NCBI GenBank assembly: GCA_965116925.1
Contig: OZ220744.1
Location: forward strand, 1,504,001-1,568,000
Origin: Candidatus Poribacteria bacterium
GTDB lineage: Bacteria > Poribacteria > WGA-4E > PCPOR2b
Length of the DNA stretch: 64,000 nucleotides
Reading direction: 5' to 3'
This document shows, one piece after another, positions 10,817-20,564 of the stretch. The position numbers and the translations under genes are program-made. Numbering within the stretch: the first letter of the stretch is position 1; each line of letters begins with the position of its first letter. The notes beneath the pieces were generated by a model, which was not told the DNA's origin, did no database searches, and was given only the letters and a program-made list of their open reading frames with translations.

Positions 10817-10913
10817 TAGTGGATCTTAGAATTAATGAGACACGTCAAACCGGTGCGGTTACAAACCGCACCTACCGGGGGCGAGAATGTCTGTTTATTT
10901 TTAGAATCCACTA
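10817..10913. repeat. MITE family B copy (TA target duplication)
   Basis: TA-TAGTGGAT...ATCCACTA-TA with internal hairpin GGTGCGGTT-ACA-AACCGCACC followed by TAC. Confidence 0.8.
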
Positions 10914-10959
10914 TAGTATGCGGCTCGCTTGCTGCGATTACTTCGTCCATTGGGAACTT

Positions 10960-12327
10960 TCATTCAAAGGTGCGGTAATTGAGAAATGTTTTATCATTTT
11001 TCCGAATTACGATATCCTCCAACGTATCCGTTTTAACCCGTCGGTTAGCGCGGTCAGAAAACGAAAGTGTGATATTGTGTGTACCTGCTGGTAAGCGCAT
11101 CCGCACAAGAAAAATCTGATTCGGTAGGGTCTGCCATGAACGGGTGTCTGCACTTTCGGTGGCGACATTCAGTAAATTGACAAGCTTGCCGAGCGTCTCT
11201 CCCTCTTGATTGGCACGACGGAAACCGAGATACTTTAAGACGCCACGTACAACCGTGCGGAGCATAATAGTCGGCAGCTCGGATTCAAACGTTTTCATCG
11301 CTGCGGCTTCGATATCTTCAACCAAAACCCCGGAGGCACCCCCATGCGCTGTAGATGCGTCAATACCCACGATTCTTGGGCGATTTGAGCGATAAGCGGG
11401 AATTGCGACGCGCAAGAGGTATTCGATTTCAACTTCTTTATACCGTCGGTTACGTCTGCGTATCAATGTGCGCCCATATTCCCGCATCTCTTTTTCGTCT
11501 CGATCGGCATCCTCCTGCACAATGGGATCGACCTTGAGAATGGGGAAGACTATGTTTTCTTCAATTTTGAAGGGGGCGAACCCTGTTTCGTAGAGTAGGA
11601 TAAGTTCGCCTGAATTGGGAGCGCGTTCAGGCGGTTCCCCGTAGGTTGCCGCGTATTTTTCAAACTCCTCTTGAAAACCTAACTGCCCCGCGAGACGCAC
11701 CAGAGACTCCCCCACATCCTGTGGAAAAGGAACCCCTAGGGCTCCATACTGTTTATATGCTCTTTCCGCCCAGCGATAGGCGATGAACGCATCGTTCCAA
11801 TCCCCCGCCCACTCATAGAGAATGCCCGATAAATACGCGGTGAAAGCAGCACCGACAAACTCGTAATTCTCGTCGGCATCGGCGTAGAATTGCAGCAGCC
11901 TGCTCGCTTTCCGGCACTCAACGAGTGCGTCATCCGGCATGTTCAGATAGACGTAATTGAATGCGCGATAGTAATGAATCAGCAGCCGTTCATATTGGCT
12001 CCCAGCGTATGAGCGGAGGTTATCTGAAGTGAGGAGTGAGACCGCTTCTCGCGAGATGCTTTTGGTGTATAGGTCATCCGAAGTAATCTCGGCAAGCTCA
12101 AACGTACGGTTGCTCTCATCGAACTGGGTGCCGTAGTGGGTGATAAGTCCACGTTCAAAAAGATACGGTAATTTGGCTTCTCCCTTACCGTCTGCATCCA
12201 GTTCAATCAGCGCAGCATCAAAATCGCCTTGTTCAAAAGCGATCCGTACCTCCTCCATGCTGTAAGGGCTACATCCAAGCCCTAGGTATAGCAGTACCAG
12301 GAGCGGAAGAATTTTCACGATTTGCAT
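10960..12327 (-). CDS. COG3014-like helical-repeat lipoprotein
   Basis: Lipobox GLGC, DDALVECRK and E.ADTRSWQTLP motifs; adjacent to lpoB. Confidence 0.75.
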   Translation of the reverse strand: MQIVKILPLLVLLYLGLGCSPYSMEEVRIAFEQGDFDAALIELDADGKGEAKLPYLFERGLITHYGTQFDESNRTFELAEITSDDLYTKSISREAVSLLTSDNLRSYAGSQYERLLIHYYRAFNYVYLNMPDDALVECRKASRLLQFYADADENYEFVGAAFTAYLSGILYEWAGDWNDAFIAYRWAERAYKQYGALGVPFPQDVGESLVRLAGQLGFQEEFEKYAATYGEPPERAPNSGELILLYETGFAPFKIEENIVFPILKVDPIVQEDADRDEKEMREYGRTLIRRRNRRYKEVEIEYLLRVAIPAYRSNRPRIVGIDASTAHGGASGVLVEDIEAAAMKTFESELPTIMLRTVVRGVLKYLGFRRANQEGETLGKLVNLLNVATESADTRSWQTLPNQIFLVRMRLPAGTHNITLSFSDRANRRVKTDTLEDIVIRKNDKTFLNYRTFE

Positions 12328-12339
12328 GGCTTGCTCTTT

Positions 12340-12945
12340 CTAAAAAGCTGCGCGCTTTCGCTCAATGAACTTCTTAATTTTCTTTTGACCAAGCCATATT
12401 TTTTCATTGGTTTCGATGTTGGTCAAGGTCAGGTCGGTTTGATAAAATGTGACCTGTTTACCGCCTTCACGGTCTTCGATGGTGTTGATCTGTCCTGTCA
12501 TCATATAGTCCGCGCCCAACTCTTGACCCATCGCCTTGACGGTTTCGAGGCTGGCAAACTTGCTCTGATCTCCCTTTTCATCGCGTAATTCACCTCGCTC
12601 GGTGGCACTAGCAACAACAGACACCAAACCGGAATTGATAAACGCACGCTCAATATCGCTGACAAACGTAGGAATTGCGATATGCTCTGTGCTGCGGTTG
12701 CGAATTGCACCAACGATAACAACCGGCTTTTTGCCTGCGGCACCGACCATGTGCTGTGAGATCCACGGGTGATTGAGACAGTCCGCGATCATCGCCTCTG
12801 AAACTTGACGAGAATCGGTGTCATTCCATCGTCCCGAAAGGTCAATGGTTGTGTCGACTTCGATACGCTCGACTGTTTTTGCCGAACCGCATCCTGCAAG
12901 AGTGATGAACAGAATGCAAGCGATTGGGATGATTACCTGTTTCAT
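12340..12945 (-). CDS. lpoB: Penicillin-binding protein activator LpoB-family lipoprotein
   Basis: Lipobox LAGC, DLSGRWNDTDS, NRSTEHI and GADYMMTGQI. Confidence 0.8.
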   Translation of the reverse strand: MKQVIIPIACILFITLAGCGSAKTVERIEVDTTIDLSGRWNDTDSRQVSEAMIADCLNHPWISQHMVGAAGKKPVVIVGAIRNRSTEHIAIPTFVSDIERAFINSGLVSVVASATERGELRDEKGDQSKFASLETVKAMGQELGADYMMTGQINTIEDREGGKQVTFYQTDLTLTNIETNEKIWLGQKKIKKFIERKRAAF

Positions 12946-13379
12946 GATTCCTCCTAATTTTTGAGAGTGTATAGATTATGTTGAGGTTTCAACTTAGCCA
13001 GATAAAATCTGATACGAATCGTTACTAAACAAAGTTTACATAACAACTTAACGACTAGCAATTTAGATGCCACAATTATCTCGAATCATACACAACGTAT
13101 TGTATCAATAACCGAGTTTTTCGGCAAACGCTTTCTCAGGCTGATTTTGGGTATGTTTTTGACATGGGCTATGATTTAAGAGAGAATTGCATAATCACAG
13201 AGCGGTTGTCGAAACTTTGCCACACTATTGTCGTAAAAATGCCACACTGACGCCTAGAATGGGAATCGAAGTTCAGTTGGGCAGCTTGAGCAATCAACGA
13301 TATAGGATTATACCATACATTTATTCGTAAGTCTATAATCTCAGAAACGAAAGGACTGCCTCATAGGGTTGGCATTATA

Positions 13380-14093
13380 TCACTTAGGCTTGGTAACGAA
13401 AGTAATCGTCGCCTGTAGTGCATTGCCAGCCCCATCTCGGACATCAATTTCAATCTTGTAGGTTGTTTCGTTGACTAGTTCCTGTCCTGCAACTGCGGTC
13501 AATGTTGCCGTCTGATCCGCCACGTTGGCAATCCAGTTGAGGTCAGCCCCCGCCTCATCGGTCAGTTTAATAGTTCCTGTGACGGGTTCGTCAAAATCGA
13601 ACCGGAAGCCGCCGGCATTGATTGGCGCGGGGTCAGCATCTGCATCTCCATCGGAAACTGTACCACTCGTAATTGCAGGAGGCACATGGTGAACTACCCA
13701 AACTGTATAAGGGCCAACTAATTGAGAACCGGTCGAGCCATCACGGGTCTTCCACTCGATTGCTAAAACTTGTCCTGCTTTCCATTCTAACGACAGATTG
13801 TAGGACCACACACTCCAATTCTGTCCTGAACCTGTAGCGGTTGCACCATTGACTGTCACTGCTGCAACCTCTTGATTAAACCGCAATGTGAATTCTGTTC
13901 TGTCCACGTCAATGTCTGAACCGGGCGGCGGATCGACCACGACCGTAATTGCAGGGCGAGGTGGAGCGTCAGCCTCTAATTGTGGCGGTTCCACAACTTT
14001 TTCGGGTAGATCATCATCGCCGCAGCCGCCGAATATACAGATAATGAGCATCCCAATCGTGATTAGAATGTCTACTCTTAAAAGTCTGTGCAT
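13380..14093 (-). CDS. Ig-like-domain lipoprotein, array copy 6
   Basis: Lipobox FGGC; conserved C-terminal domain ITSGTV.DG...GGFRFDFDE...TITFVTKPK. Confidence 0.8.
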   Translation of the reverse strand: MHRLLRVDILITIGMLIICIFGGCGDDDLPEKVVEPPQLEADAPPRPAITVVVDPPPGSDIDVDRTEFTLRFNQEVAAVTVNGATATGSGQNWSVWSYNLSLEWKAGQVLAIEWKTRDGSTGSQLVGPYTVWVVHHVPPAITSGTVSDGDADADPAPINAGGFRFDFDEPVTGTIKLTDEAGADLNWIANVADQTATLTAVAGQELVNETTYKIEIDVRDGAGNALQATITFVTKPK

Positions 14094-14136
14094 TGAGTTA
14101 ATCCTTTCTGGGACACGGTCCCTTCAGTCTGTAGTA

Positions 14137-15184
14137 GGGCCTTATGCTAGTTAACTCCCCTCTTTTTATAGCAACTAAAAAAAGGGGAGTTAAAAAGTCC
14201 TCCAATCTGTTACTATAGATGGACTCAACACCCCATCTAAAACTGGAGGATACTCATAATGATAACCGATTTTGATGACCTGTGTCTATGGACTTATGTC
14301 ATTGTTGATGACATTGTAAAAAAACTCGCACCCTTACTCCGGCGCCCCGGTCCCTGTCCCAATTGTAGCGATAGCGAGTTAATCACTATGATATTGATTG
14401 CCGAGTGTAAGGGGTGGGATATCGAAACACAACTGCTATCCGAATTTAGCCAACACCGGCATCTGTTCCCGATACTGCCTTGTCAGTCCCGATTCAACCG
14501 ACGCAGACGCAATTTGGGAGCAATCATCAATCAGATTCGGCAGATGCTCTTGTCAGACATCGAAGGGACTGAACAGAAGTTATGTGTTATTGATAGTTTG
14601 CCGATTCCAGTCATGCAATTTCATCTGGTGCCTTCGTCCTCAAATGATTGGTCATGCTATGGTGCTGATTATGGTCGAGTCGAATCAATGAAACAGACCA
14701 TTTTCGGCTATAAATTGCATCTGTTAGTCACCGCAAGTGGAGTGATTGTTGATTTTGTACTGGCACCCGCTTCTGAAACCGATTTATCTGTAGGTCACGA
14801 ATTGCTCTCTAAACACTACAATAAGCAAGTGATAGGAGATAAAGCCTATATCAGCACCGACATCAAAGACCAATTAGCCCAACTCAACGGTATCGAGCTG
14901 ATAACGATACCCCGCCGCAACCAGAAACAGCAAATCTCCAGACAAACCCAGCGGTGGATTAACCAAATGCGGCAGATAGTTGAAACCGTTAATGGGCAAT
15001 TGACTCAACAATTTCATATTAAAAAGAATCATGCACATACGTTCTGGGGAGTCTGCACGCGGTTACACGCCAAACTCACCGCTCATACGTTATGTATTTA
15101 TCTGAATCAGCTATTCAAAAAAGAGGCATTTCTACAGATTAAACAGTTGGCTTTTCCTGTGCATTAGGAACTAGCATAAGACCC
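14137..15184 (+). mobile_element. IS982-family insertion sequence
   Basis: TIRs GGGCCTTATGCTAGTT / AACTAGCATAAGACCC (1 mismatch) with TAGTA direct repeats at 14132-14136 and 15185-15189. Confidence 0.9.
14259..15167 (+). CDS. IS982-family DDE transposase
   Basis: SDSELIT, SRFNRRRR, IDSLPIPV, FGYKLH, GDKAY and RQIVETVNGQL. Confidence 0.92.
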   Translation: MITDFDDLCLWTYVIVDDIVKKLAPLLRRPGPCPNCSDSELITMILIAECKGWDIETQLLSEFSQHRHLFPILPCQSRFNRRRRNLGAIINQIRQMLLSDIEGTEQKLCVIDSLPIPVMQFHLVPSSSNDWSCYGADYGRVESMKQTIFGYKLHLLVTASGVIVDFVLAPASETDLSVGHELLSKHYNKQVIGDKAYISTDIKDQLAQLNGIELITIPRRNQKQQISRQTQRWINQMRQIVETVNGQLTQQFHIKKNHAHTFWGVCTRLHAKLTAHTLCIYLNQLFKKEAFLQIKQLAFPVH

Positions 15185-15244
15185 TAGTAAGGTAATTGAT
15201 TGTGTAGTTGGACACGCGATAATTCGCTTTATTGAGGAGAAGCA

Positions 15245-15949
15245 TCACTTGGGTTTAGTAACGAAAGTAATTGTTGCTTGAGTCGCATTGCCAGCCCCAT
15301 CGTGGACATCAATTTGAATCTTGTAGGTTGTCTCGTTAGCAAGTTCCTGTCCTGCAACCGCAGTCAACGCTGCTGTCTGACCGGCCACGGTGGCAATCCA
15401 GTTGAGGTTGGCACCTGCTTCATCGGTCAGCTTAATGGTGCCTGTGACGGCTTCGTCAAAATCGAACCGGAAGCCGCCGGCATTGATTGGTGCAGGATCG
15501 ACATCTGCTGCCCCATCTGCAACTGTACCACTCGTAATTACGGGAGGTTCACCGCTGCCCCATACAACTTCATAAGGACCTACTTTTGCAAAAGCCGTAG
15601 AGCCATCTCGGTTTGTCCACATGATTTTCAGTGTGTGAGGTCCTTCGGGTAAAATAGGTTTCGCACGCCACTTCCAATTGAGTCCCGAACCTGTAGCGGG
15701 TGTACCGTTGACTGTCACCGCTACAACCTCCTCATTAAACGTCAATGTGAATTCTGTGTGGGGTAGAATATAGCCTCCCGATGCTGGATCTACTATAACT
15801 GTTATTGTCGGGGGTGACGGTACATCATCTTCTGGTTGTGGTGGGTCTACAACTTCCTCAATTAGATCATTGTCGCCGCAACCGCCGATTATACAGATAA
15901 TGAGCATCCAAAACGTGATTAGAATGGCAGTTCTTAAGAATTTGTGCAT
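15245..15949 (-). CDS. Ig-like-domain lipoprotein, array copy 5
   Basis: Lipobox IGGC; paralog of its neighbours. Confidence 0.8.
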   Translation of the reverse strand: MHKFLRTAILITFWMLIICIIGGCGDNDLIEEVVDPPQPEDDVPSPPTITVIVDPASGGYILPHTEFTLTFNEEVVAVTVNGTPATGSGLNWKWRAKPILPEGPHTLKIMWTNRDGSTAFAKVGPYEVVWGSGEPPVITSGTVADGAADVDPAPINAGGFRFDFDEAVTGTIKLTDEAGANLNWIATVAGQTAALTAVAGQELANETTYKIQIDVHDGAGNATQATITFVTKPK

Positions 15950-15978
15950 CGTTTGAGTCCTTTCTTAAAGAGGATATA

Positions 15979-16701
15979 TCACTTGGGTTTAGTAACAAAA
16001 GTAAGCGTCGCTTGAGTTTGATTGCCCACACCATCGTGGACATCAATTTGAATCTTGTAAGTTGTCTCGTTGATCAGTTCCTGTCCTGCCGCCGCGGTCA
16101 ACGTTGCTCTGTGACCCACCACGTTGGCAATCCACTTGAGGTCAGCACCCGCCTCATCGGTCAGTTTAATAGTTCCTGTGATGGGTTCGTCGAAATCAAA
16201 CCGGAAGCCACCCACATTGATTGGCGCAGGGTCGACATTTGCCTCCCCATCTGATACGGTACCACTCGTAATATAGGCGGGGTCTTCATCGTCCCATACA
16301 ACTTTATAAGGACCAACCTCCATAGTACCCGTTGAGCCATCGCGGTTTATCCACTCGACAACCACAAGTACTAATCCCGCGGGTAAATAAGGCTGCGCGC
16401 TCCACCTCCAATCGCGCCTCCGACCTTTAGCGGGTGTACCATTGACTGTCACTGCTACAACCTCCTCATTAAACGTCAACATGAATTCTGTGGCTGGGTT
16501 AATAAGATAGACAACTCCATCAGTGCTTGCACGTGGTGGTGGATCCATCACAACCTCTGTCGCAGAGGCGAGTCGAACATAATCTTCTGATTGTGGTGGA
16601 TCCGTAACATCTTCAGATGGATTATCGCCACAACCGCCGATTATACCGATAATAAGCATCCCAAACGTGATTAGAACCCCTGCTCTTAAAAGTCTGTGCA
16701 T
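15979..16701 (-). CDS. Ig-like-domain lipoprotein, array copy 4
   Basis: Lipobox IGGC; paralog of its neighbours. Confidence 0.8.
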   Translation of the reverse strand: MHRLLRAGVLITFGMLIIGIIGGCGDNPSEDVTDPPQSEDYVRLASATEVVMDPPPRASTDGVVYLINPATEFMLTFNEEVVAVTVNGTPAKGRRRDWRWSAQPYLPAGLVLVVVEWINRDGSTGTMEVGPYKVVWDDEDPAYITSGTVSDGEANVDPAPINVGGFRFDFDEPITGTIKLTDEAGADLKWIANVVGHRATLTAAAGQELINETTYKIQIDVHDGVGNQTQATLTFVTKPK

Positions 16702-16729
16702 TGTTTGAGTCCTTTCTTAAAGGGATATA

Positions 16730-17437
16730 TCACTTGGGTTTCGTAACAAAAGTAATCGTCGCCTGTAGGCCATTTCCAACCGGATCTTGGACATTTATCT
16801 CAATCTTGTAGGTTGTCTCGTTAGCAAGTTCTTGTCCTGCAATTGCATTTAACGTTGCTGTCTGACCCGCCACATTTCCGATCCAATGGAGGTCGGCACC
16901 TGCCTCATCAGTCAGCTTAATGGTGCCTGTGATGGGTTCATCGAAATCAAACCGAAAGCCACCTGCATTGATTGGCGCAGGGTCGATATCGTTAGCCCCG
17001 TCGCTTACTGTACCACTCGCAATATAGGGAGGTTCTCCGGGGCACCCTGATACAACGTGATAAGGACCTGCTTCCGCAAAAGCCGTAGAGCCATCTCGGT
17101 TTGTCCACATGATTTTCAGAATGGACGTTCCTTCGGATAAAGAGCCGCCGAACCATTCCCAATTGAGCCCCGAACCTGTCGCGGGTGTTTCATTGACTGT
17201 CACTGCTACCACTCCCTCATTAAACGTCAAAGTGAATTCTATGCATTGAGGAATAACAACATTTCCTCGTGGTGGTGGATCTATCACAACCTCTGTCGCA
17301 GAAGCGGGGCCAATATCATCTGCTGATTGTGGTGGATCCGTAACATCTTCAGGTGAATTATCAGCGCAACCGTTGATTATACTGATAATAAGCATTCCAA
17401 ACATGATTAGAACCCCTGCTCTTAAAAGTCTGTGCAT
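16730..17437 (-). CDS. Ig-like-domain lipoprotein, array copy 3
   Basis: Lipobox INGC; paralog of its neighbours. Confidence 0.8.
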   Translation of the reverse strand: MHRLLRAGVLIMFGMLIISIINGCADNSPEDVTDPPQSADDIGPASATEVVIDPPPRGNVVIPQCIEFTLTFNEGVVAVTVNETPATGSGLNWEWFGGSLSEGTSILKIMWTNRDGSTAFAEAGPYHVVSGCPGEPPYIASGTVSDGANDIDPAPINAGGFRFDFDEPITGTIKLTDEAGADLHWIGNVAGQTATLNAIAGQELANETTYKIEINVQDPVGNGLQATITFVTKPK

Positions 17438-17466
17438 CGTTATAGTCCTTTCTTAAAGAGGATATA

Positions 17467-18399
17467 TCACTTGGGTTTGGTAACGAAAGTAATTGTCGCC
17501 TTTAGTTGATTGCCACACCCATCTTGGACATCAATTTCGACCTTGTAGGTTGTCTCGTTGACAAGTTCCTGTCCTGCAACCGGCGTCAGAGTTGCTGTCT
17601 GACCTACAACGATTCCAATCCAGTCGAGGTCTTCACCCGCCTCATTGGTCAGGTTTATGACACCTGTGACGACTTCGTCGAAATCAAACCGAAAGCCACG
17701 CGCATTGATTAGCGCGGGGTCGACATCTGCCGTCCCATCTGCCACTGTGCCACTCGTAATTACGGTAGCATCACAATCAATAATATATCCAACGTAATAG
17801 GGACCAACCCTTCTAGCCTCTGCAGAACCATCGCGGTTTATCCACTCGATACTCAAAAATTCTGCTTCCCCTGGCGGTACATGGTCGGACCAGACCCTCC
17901 AATCACGCCCCGACCCCTCAGCAGACCTGCTGTTGACCTTCACCTCCAGAACCCCTGTACTGAACCGTAATGTCAGTTCCTGTCCGTGATTGATATACGA
18001 GAGACGCCCTGGTGCTGGATCTACTATGACGGTCACTGGCTTTAAGACGTAGAAAGTGATCGCCTTAGACCCAGCAAGGAAATTATCTCGATTTCTCCAT
18101 TCAACGGTGACCGTGTTCTCTGCACCAAGAATTATGTTGGGCAAATCTTTAATTTCCACAATTGCAGTACTGTCTTGGATTATTGCTGATTTCCCGTCCA
18201 CATAAACGGACTTGGGAAAACCATCAAAGGTCATCTTGAGTTGCCCCGCTGCCGAAACTATTCCTCCATCTTCAGGAACGGTGGTAAGTAACTTAATCTC
18301 ATCATGCTCAGTCGGGTCATCATCAGTGCAACCGCTGATAGTACAGATAATAAGCACCCCAAACGTGATTAGGATGCCTGCTCTTAAAAGTTTGTGCAT
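17467..18399 (-). CDS. Ig-like-domain lipoprotein, array copy 2 (extra N-terminal beta module)
   Basis: Lipobox ISGC; the W.NRD-containing module occurs twice. Confidence 0.8.
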   Translation of the reverse strand: MHKLLRAGILITFGVLIICTISGCTDDDPTEHDEIKLLTTVPEDGGIVSAAGQLKMTFDGFPKSVYVDGKSAIIQDSTAIVEIKDLPNIILGAENTVTVEWRNRDNFLAGSKAITFYVLKPVTVIVDPAPGRLSYINHGQELTLRFSTGVLEVKVNSRSAEGSGRDWRVWSDHVPPGEAEFLSIEWINRDGSAEARRVGPYYVGYIIDCDATVITSGTVADGTADVDPALINARGFRFDFDEVVTGVINLTNEAGEDLDWIGIVVGQTATLTPVAGQELVNETTYKVEIDVQDGCGNQLKATITFVTKPK

Positions 18400-18497
18400 T
18401 GAGTTAATCCTTTCTGGGACACGGTCCCTTCAGTTGGCAGTAAGGTAATTGATTGTGTGATTGGACACGCGATAATTTGCTTTATTGACAGGAAGTA

Positions 18498-19328
18498 TCA
18501 CTTGGGTTTGGTAACGAAAGTAATCGTCGTCTCTAGCCGATTGACAGCCCCATCGTGGACATCAATTTGAATTTTGTAGGTTGTCTCGTTGACCAGTTCC
18601 TGCCCTGCAACTGCGGTCAACGTTGCTGTCTGACCCGCGACGGTTGCAATCCAGTTGAGGTCAGCACCTGCCTCATCGGTCAGCTTAATGCTTCCCGCGA
18701 CGGCTTCGTGGAAACTATAGTAGATTTTAGAATTAATGAGACACTCCAAATCGGCGCAGTTGAAAACAGCGCCTACCAAACATGGGGGCGCAAGTGTTTC
18801 TTTATTTTTTGAATTCACTATAAATCGGAAACCACCGGCGTTGAGCGGCGCAGGATCGACATTTACGGTTCCATCAGTTACCGTGCCACTCGTAATTCTT
18901 GGTGGCGTCGTATCCGGGACCCTAACCGTATAAGGACCAACCGCCTGAGAGCCGGAACGACCGTCTCGGTATGTCCAGCCAACATTCAGACTTTGACCGT
19001 CTCCTTCCTGTAGCGTCAGCGATACGGTCCAGTTGAGGCCGGATCCGGTGGCTGCAACACCATTGACTGTCACCGCTACAATACCCGGATCATCAAAGTT
19101 CAGTGAAAACTGGGTATTTGGGGGAATTTCCACACCCGGAGCAGGATCTACGTAGCCTAGTATTTGATGCGGAGGTCCCTCATCAATTCGTGGGGGTGTA
19201 ACCCCGCTTGTTGTTGGATTGGACGGGTCCGTAACCACTTCCGGTGAGTCATCACCGCAACCGCTGATTATACCGATAGTAAACATCCCCAACGTGATTA
19301 GGATGGTAGTTCTTAACATTCTGTGCAT
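18498..19328 (-). CDS. Ig-like-domain lipoprotein, array copy 1, with in-frame MITE insertion
   Basis: Lipobox ISGC; 35 extra residues inside the conserved GGFRFxF motif. Confidence 0.75.
   Translation of the reverse strand: MHRMLRTTILITLGMFTIGIISGCGDDSPEVVTDPSNPTTSGVTPPRIDEGPPHQILGYVDPAPGVEIPPNTQFSLNFDDPGIVAVTVNGVAATGSGLNWTVSLTLQEGDGQSLNVGWTYRDGRSGSQAVGPYTVRVPDTTPPRITSGTVTDGTVNVDPAPLNAGGFRFIVNSKNKETLAPPCLVGAVFNCADLECLINSKIYYSFHEAVAGSIKLTDEAGADLNWIATVAGQTATLTAVAGQELVNETTYKIQIDVHDGAVNRLETTITFVTKPK
18718..18820. mobile_element. MITE family B copy inserted in frame in a CDS
   Basis: 103 bp flanked by TA at 18716-18717 and 18821-18822; close match to 59738-59841. Confidence 0.9.
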
Positions 19329-19731
19329 CGTTTTAGTCCTTTCTGTGGAGTTTTCCCACCAATAACTTTCTCTCTATATCAAACCTTTAACTGTATGAAG
19401 TTCCAAAGGGGGAAAAAATCATCCCGGAACTTGAATGTCAAGGTTGTGGTCGTAGAAAATGTGCCTTCTGATGAGGTTAGTTGATAGCTAGCCTGTAAAA
19501 TCTTTGGCAAAAAATACAGAGGGGATAGGAAAATTCGTCCCGATGATACAATTTCAATGATCACGTTCACCCTGAATCGACAATTTTTTTCCTTGATTAT
19601 TTCCGCAGAATCGCCTATCATCTCTGAAGATTTAAGGTTCAAAGGTATCCGGGAAATAGGAATCGGTGACACGAAGATGCTGAAGTGAAATTTGGGAGGA
19701 CTACGCACAAATCTGAGGGGAAATAATAGCG

Positions 19732-20550
19732 ATGAACGGATCAAACCTTATTGAACCCCTTCGTCCGTGGCTAGACGAGAAGATAGGGGCAAAGCTGGAT
19801 CTGATAGGTTCAGATCCGATACCGGTATATGAGACTGAGGAAGGAGCACCGAGCCCACTATTCGCAGCGAGGGTTGGTGAGCGTGGGCTTGTTACAGCAC
19901 AAAGGCAGTGGTTGGAACAGCTCAAACCGATCGTTGCAAATCTGACGTTGGAGGAGTTGTTTTCCACTTTTGGCGGGTATGAGCTTGCGCGTGTATTGCT
20001 CCCTGATGGATGCGGGGTGTGGGGACCGAGCTGGTTCTATGTCGGAGACGAGAGCTGTTTTCGGGATGTGGGGGATAGCCGTCCTGTGCAGCTTTCTGCG
20101 GAGGAATTGGCTGAAACGGTCGATCACCGTATTTTCTGGCACTGCTTTGAAGATGAGGCGATGACCGGTTTCGGCATCTTTGAGGACGGTAAATTGGTGT
20201 CACTCGCAGCGGTTCGCGCTGAAGATGATAGCGTTTGGGAGATCGGCATTGATACCGCGCCGGAAGCGAAAGGACGCGGACTAGGGCGTGCCGTCACGAG
20301 CGCAGCTGGACGTTGGATACTGAAAAATAATCGGTTCGTCTTTGCTTCAACCGCCCCTTGGAATGTACGCTCTGCTCGCACACTTAGGTCGGTGGGGTTG
20401 CAATTTATCATGTCGGTGATGATAGGAATGCCGGGACCGTTTTATGCGCCGCCGCAGCCGCTCGGCACTCCATACCCCGGCGCCGAGGTGTATAACTACT
20501 ATCCCGACTGGGCGATTAATAAAGAGATCAAACCGCCGCTAAAGGACTGA
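19732..20550 (+). CDS. GNAT-family acetyltransferase
   Basis: WEIGIDT.PEAKGRGLGRAV and NVRSART motifs. Confidence 0.8.
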   Translation: MNGSNLIEPLRPWLDEKIGAKLDLIGSDPIPVYETEEGAPSPLFAARVGERGLVTAQRQWLEQLKPIVANLTLEELFSTFGGYELARVLLPDGCGVWGPSWFYVGDESCFRDVGDSRPVQLSAEELAETVDHRIFWHCFEDEAMTGFGIFEDGKLVSLAAVRAEDDSVWEIGIDTAPEAKGRGLGRAVTSAAGRWILKNNRFVFASTAPWNVRSARTLRSVGLQFIMSVMIGMPGPFYAPPQPLGTPYPGAEVYNYYPDWAINKEIKPPLKD

Positions 20551-20564
20551 TCGACGCAAGGGAT

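Noticed and set aside
15336..15345. Match of the putative guide (TTAGCAAGTT) in lipoprotein genes, also at 16821
   Set aside because: Only 10 nt, with no adjacent TTAC-like motif; compatible with chance.
13380..19328. Diversity-generating retroelement behind the lipoprotein variation
   Set aside because: No reverse transcriptase or template repeat in the window; differences are not adenine-specific, and the C-termini are the conserved part.
19379..19744. 121-aa minus-strand ORF upstream of the array
   Set aside because: No recognisable motif; it spans a divergent promoter region and overlaps the GNAT start.
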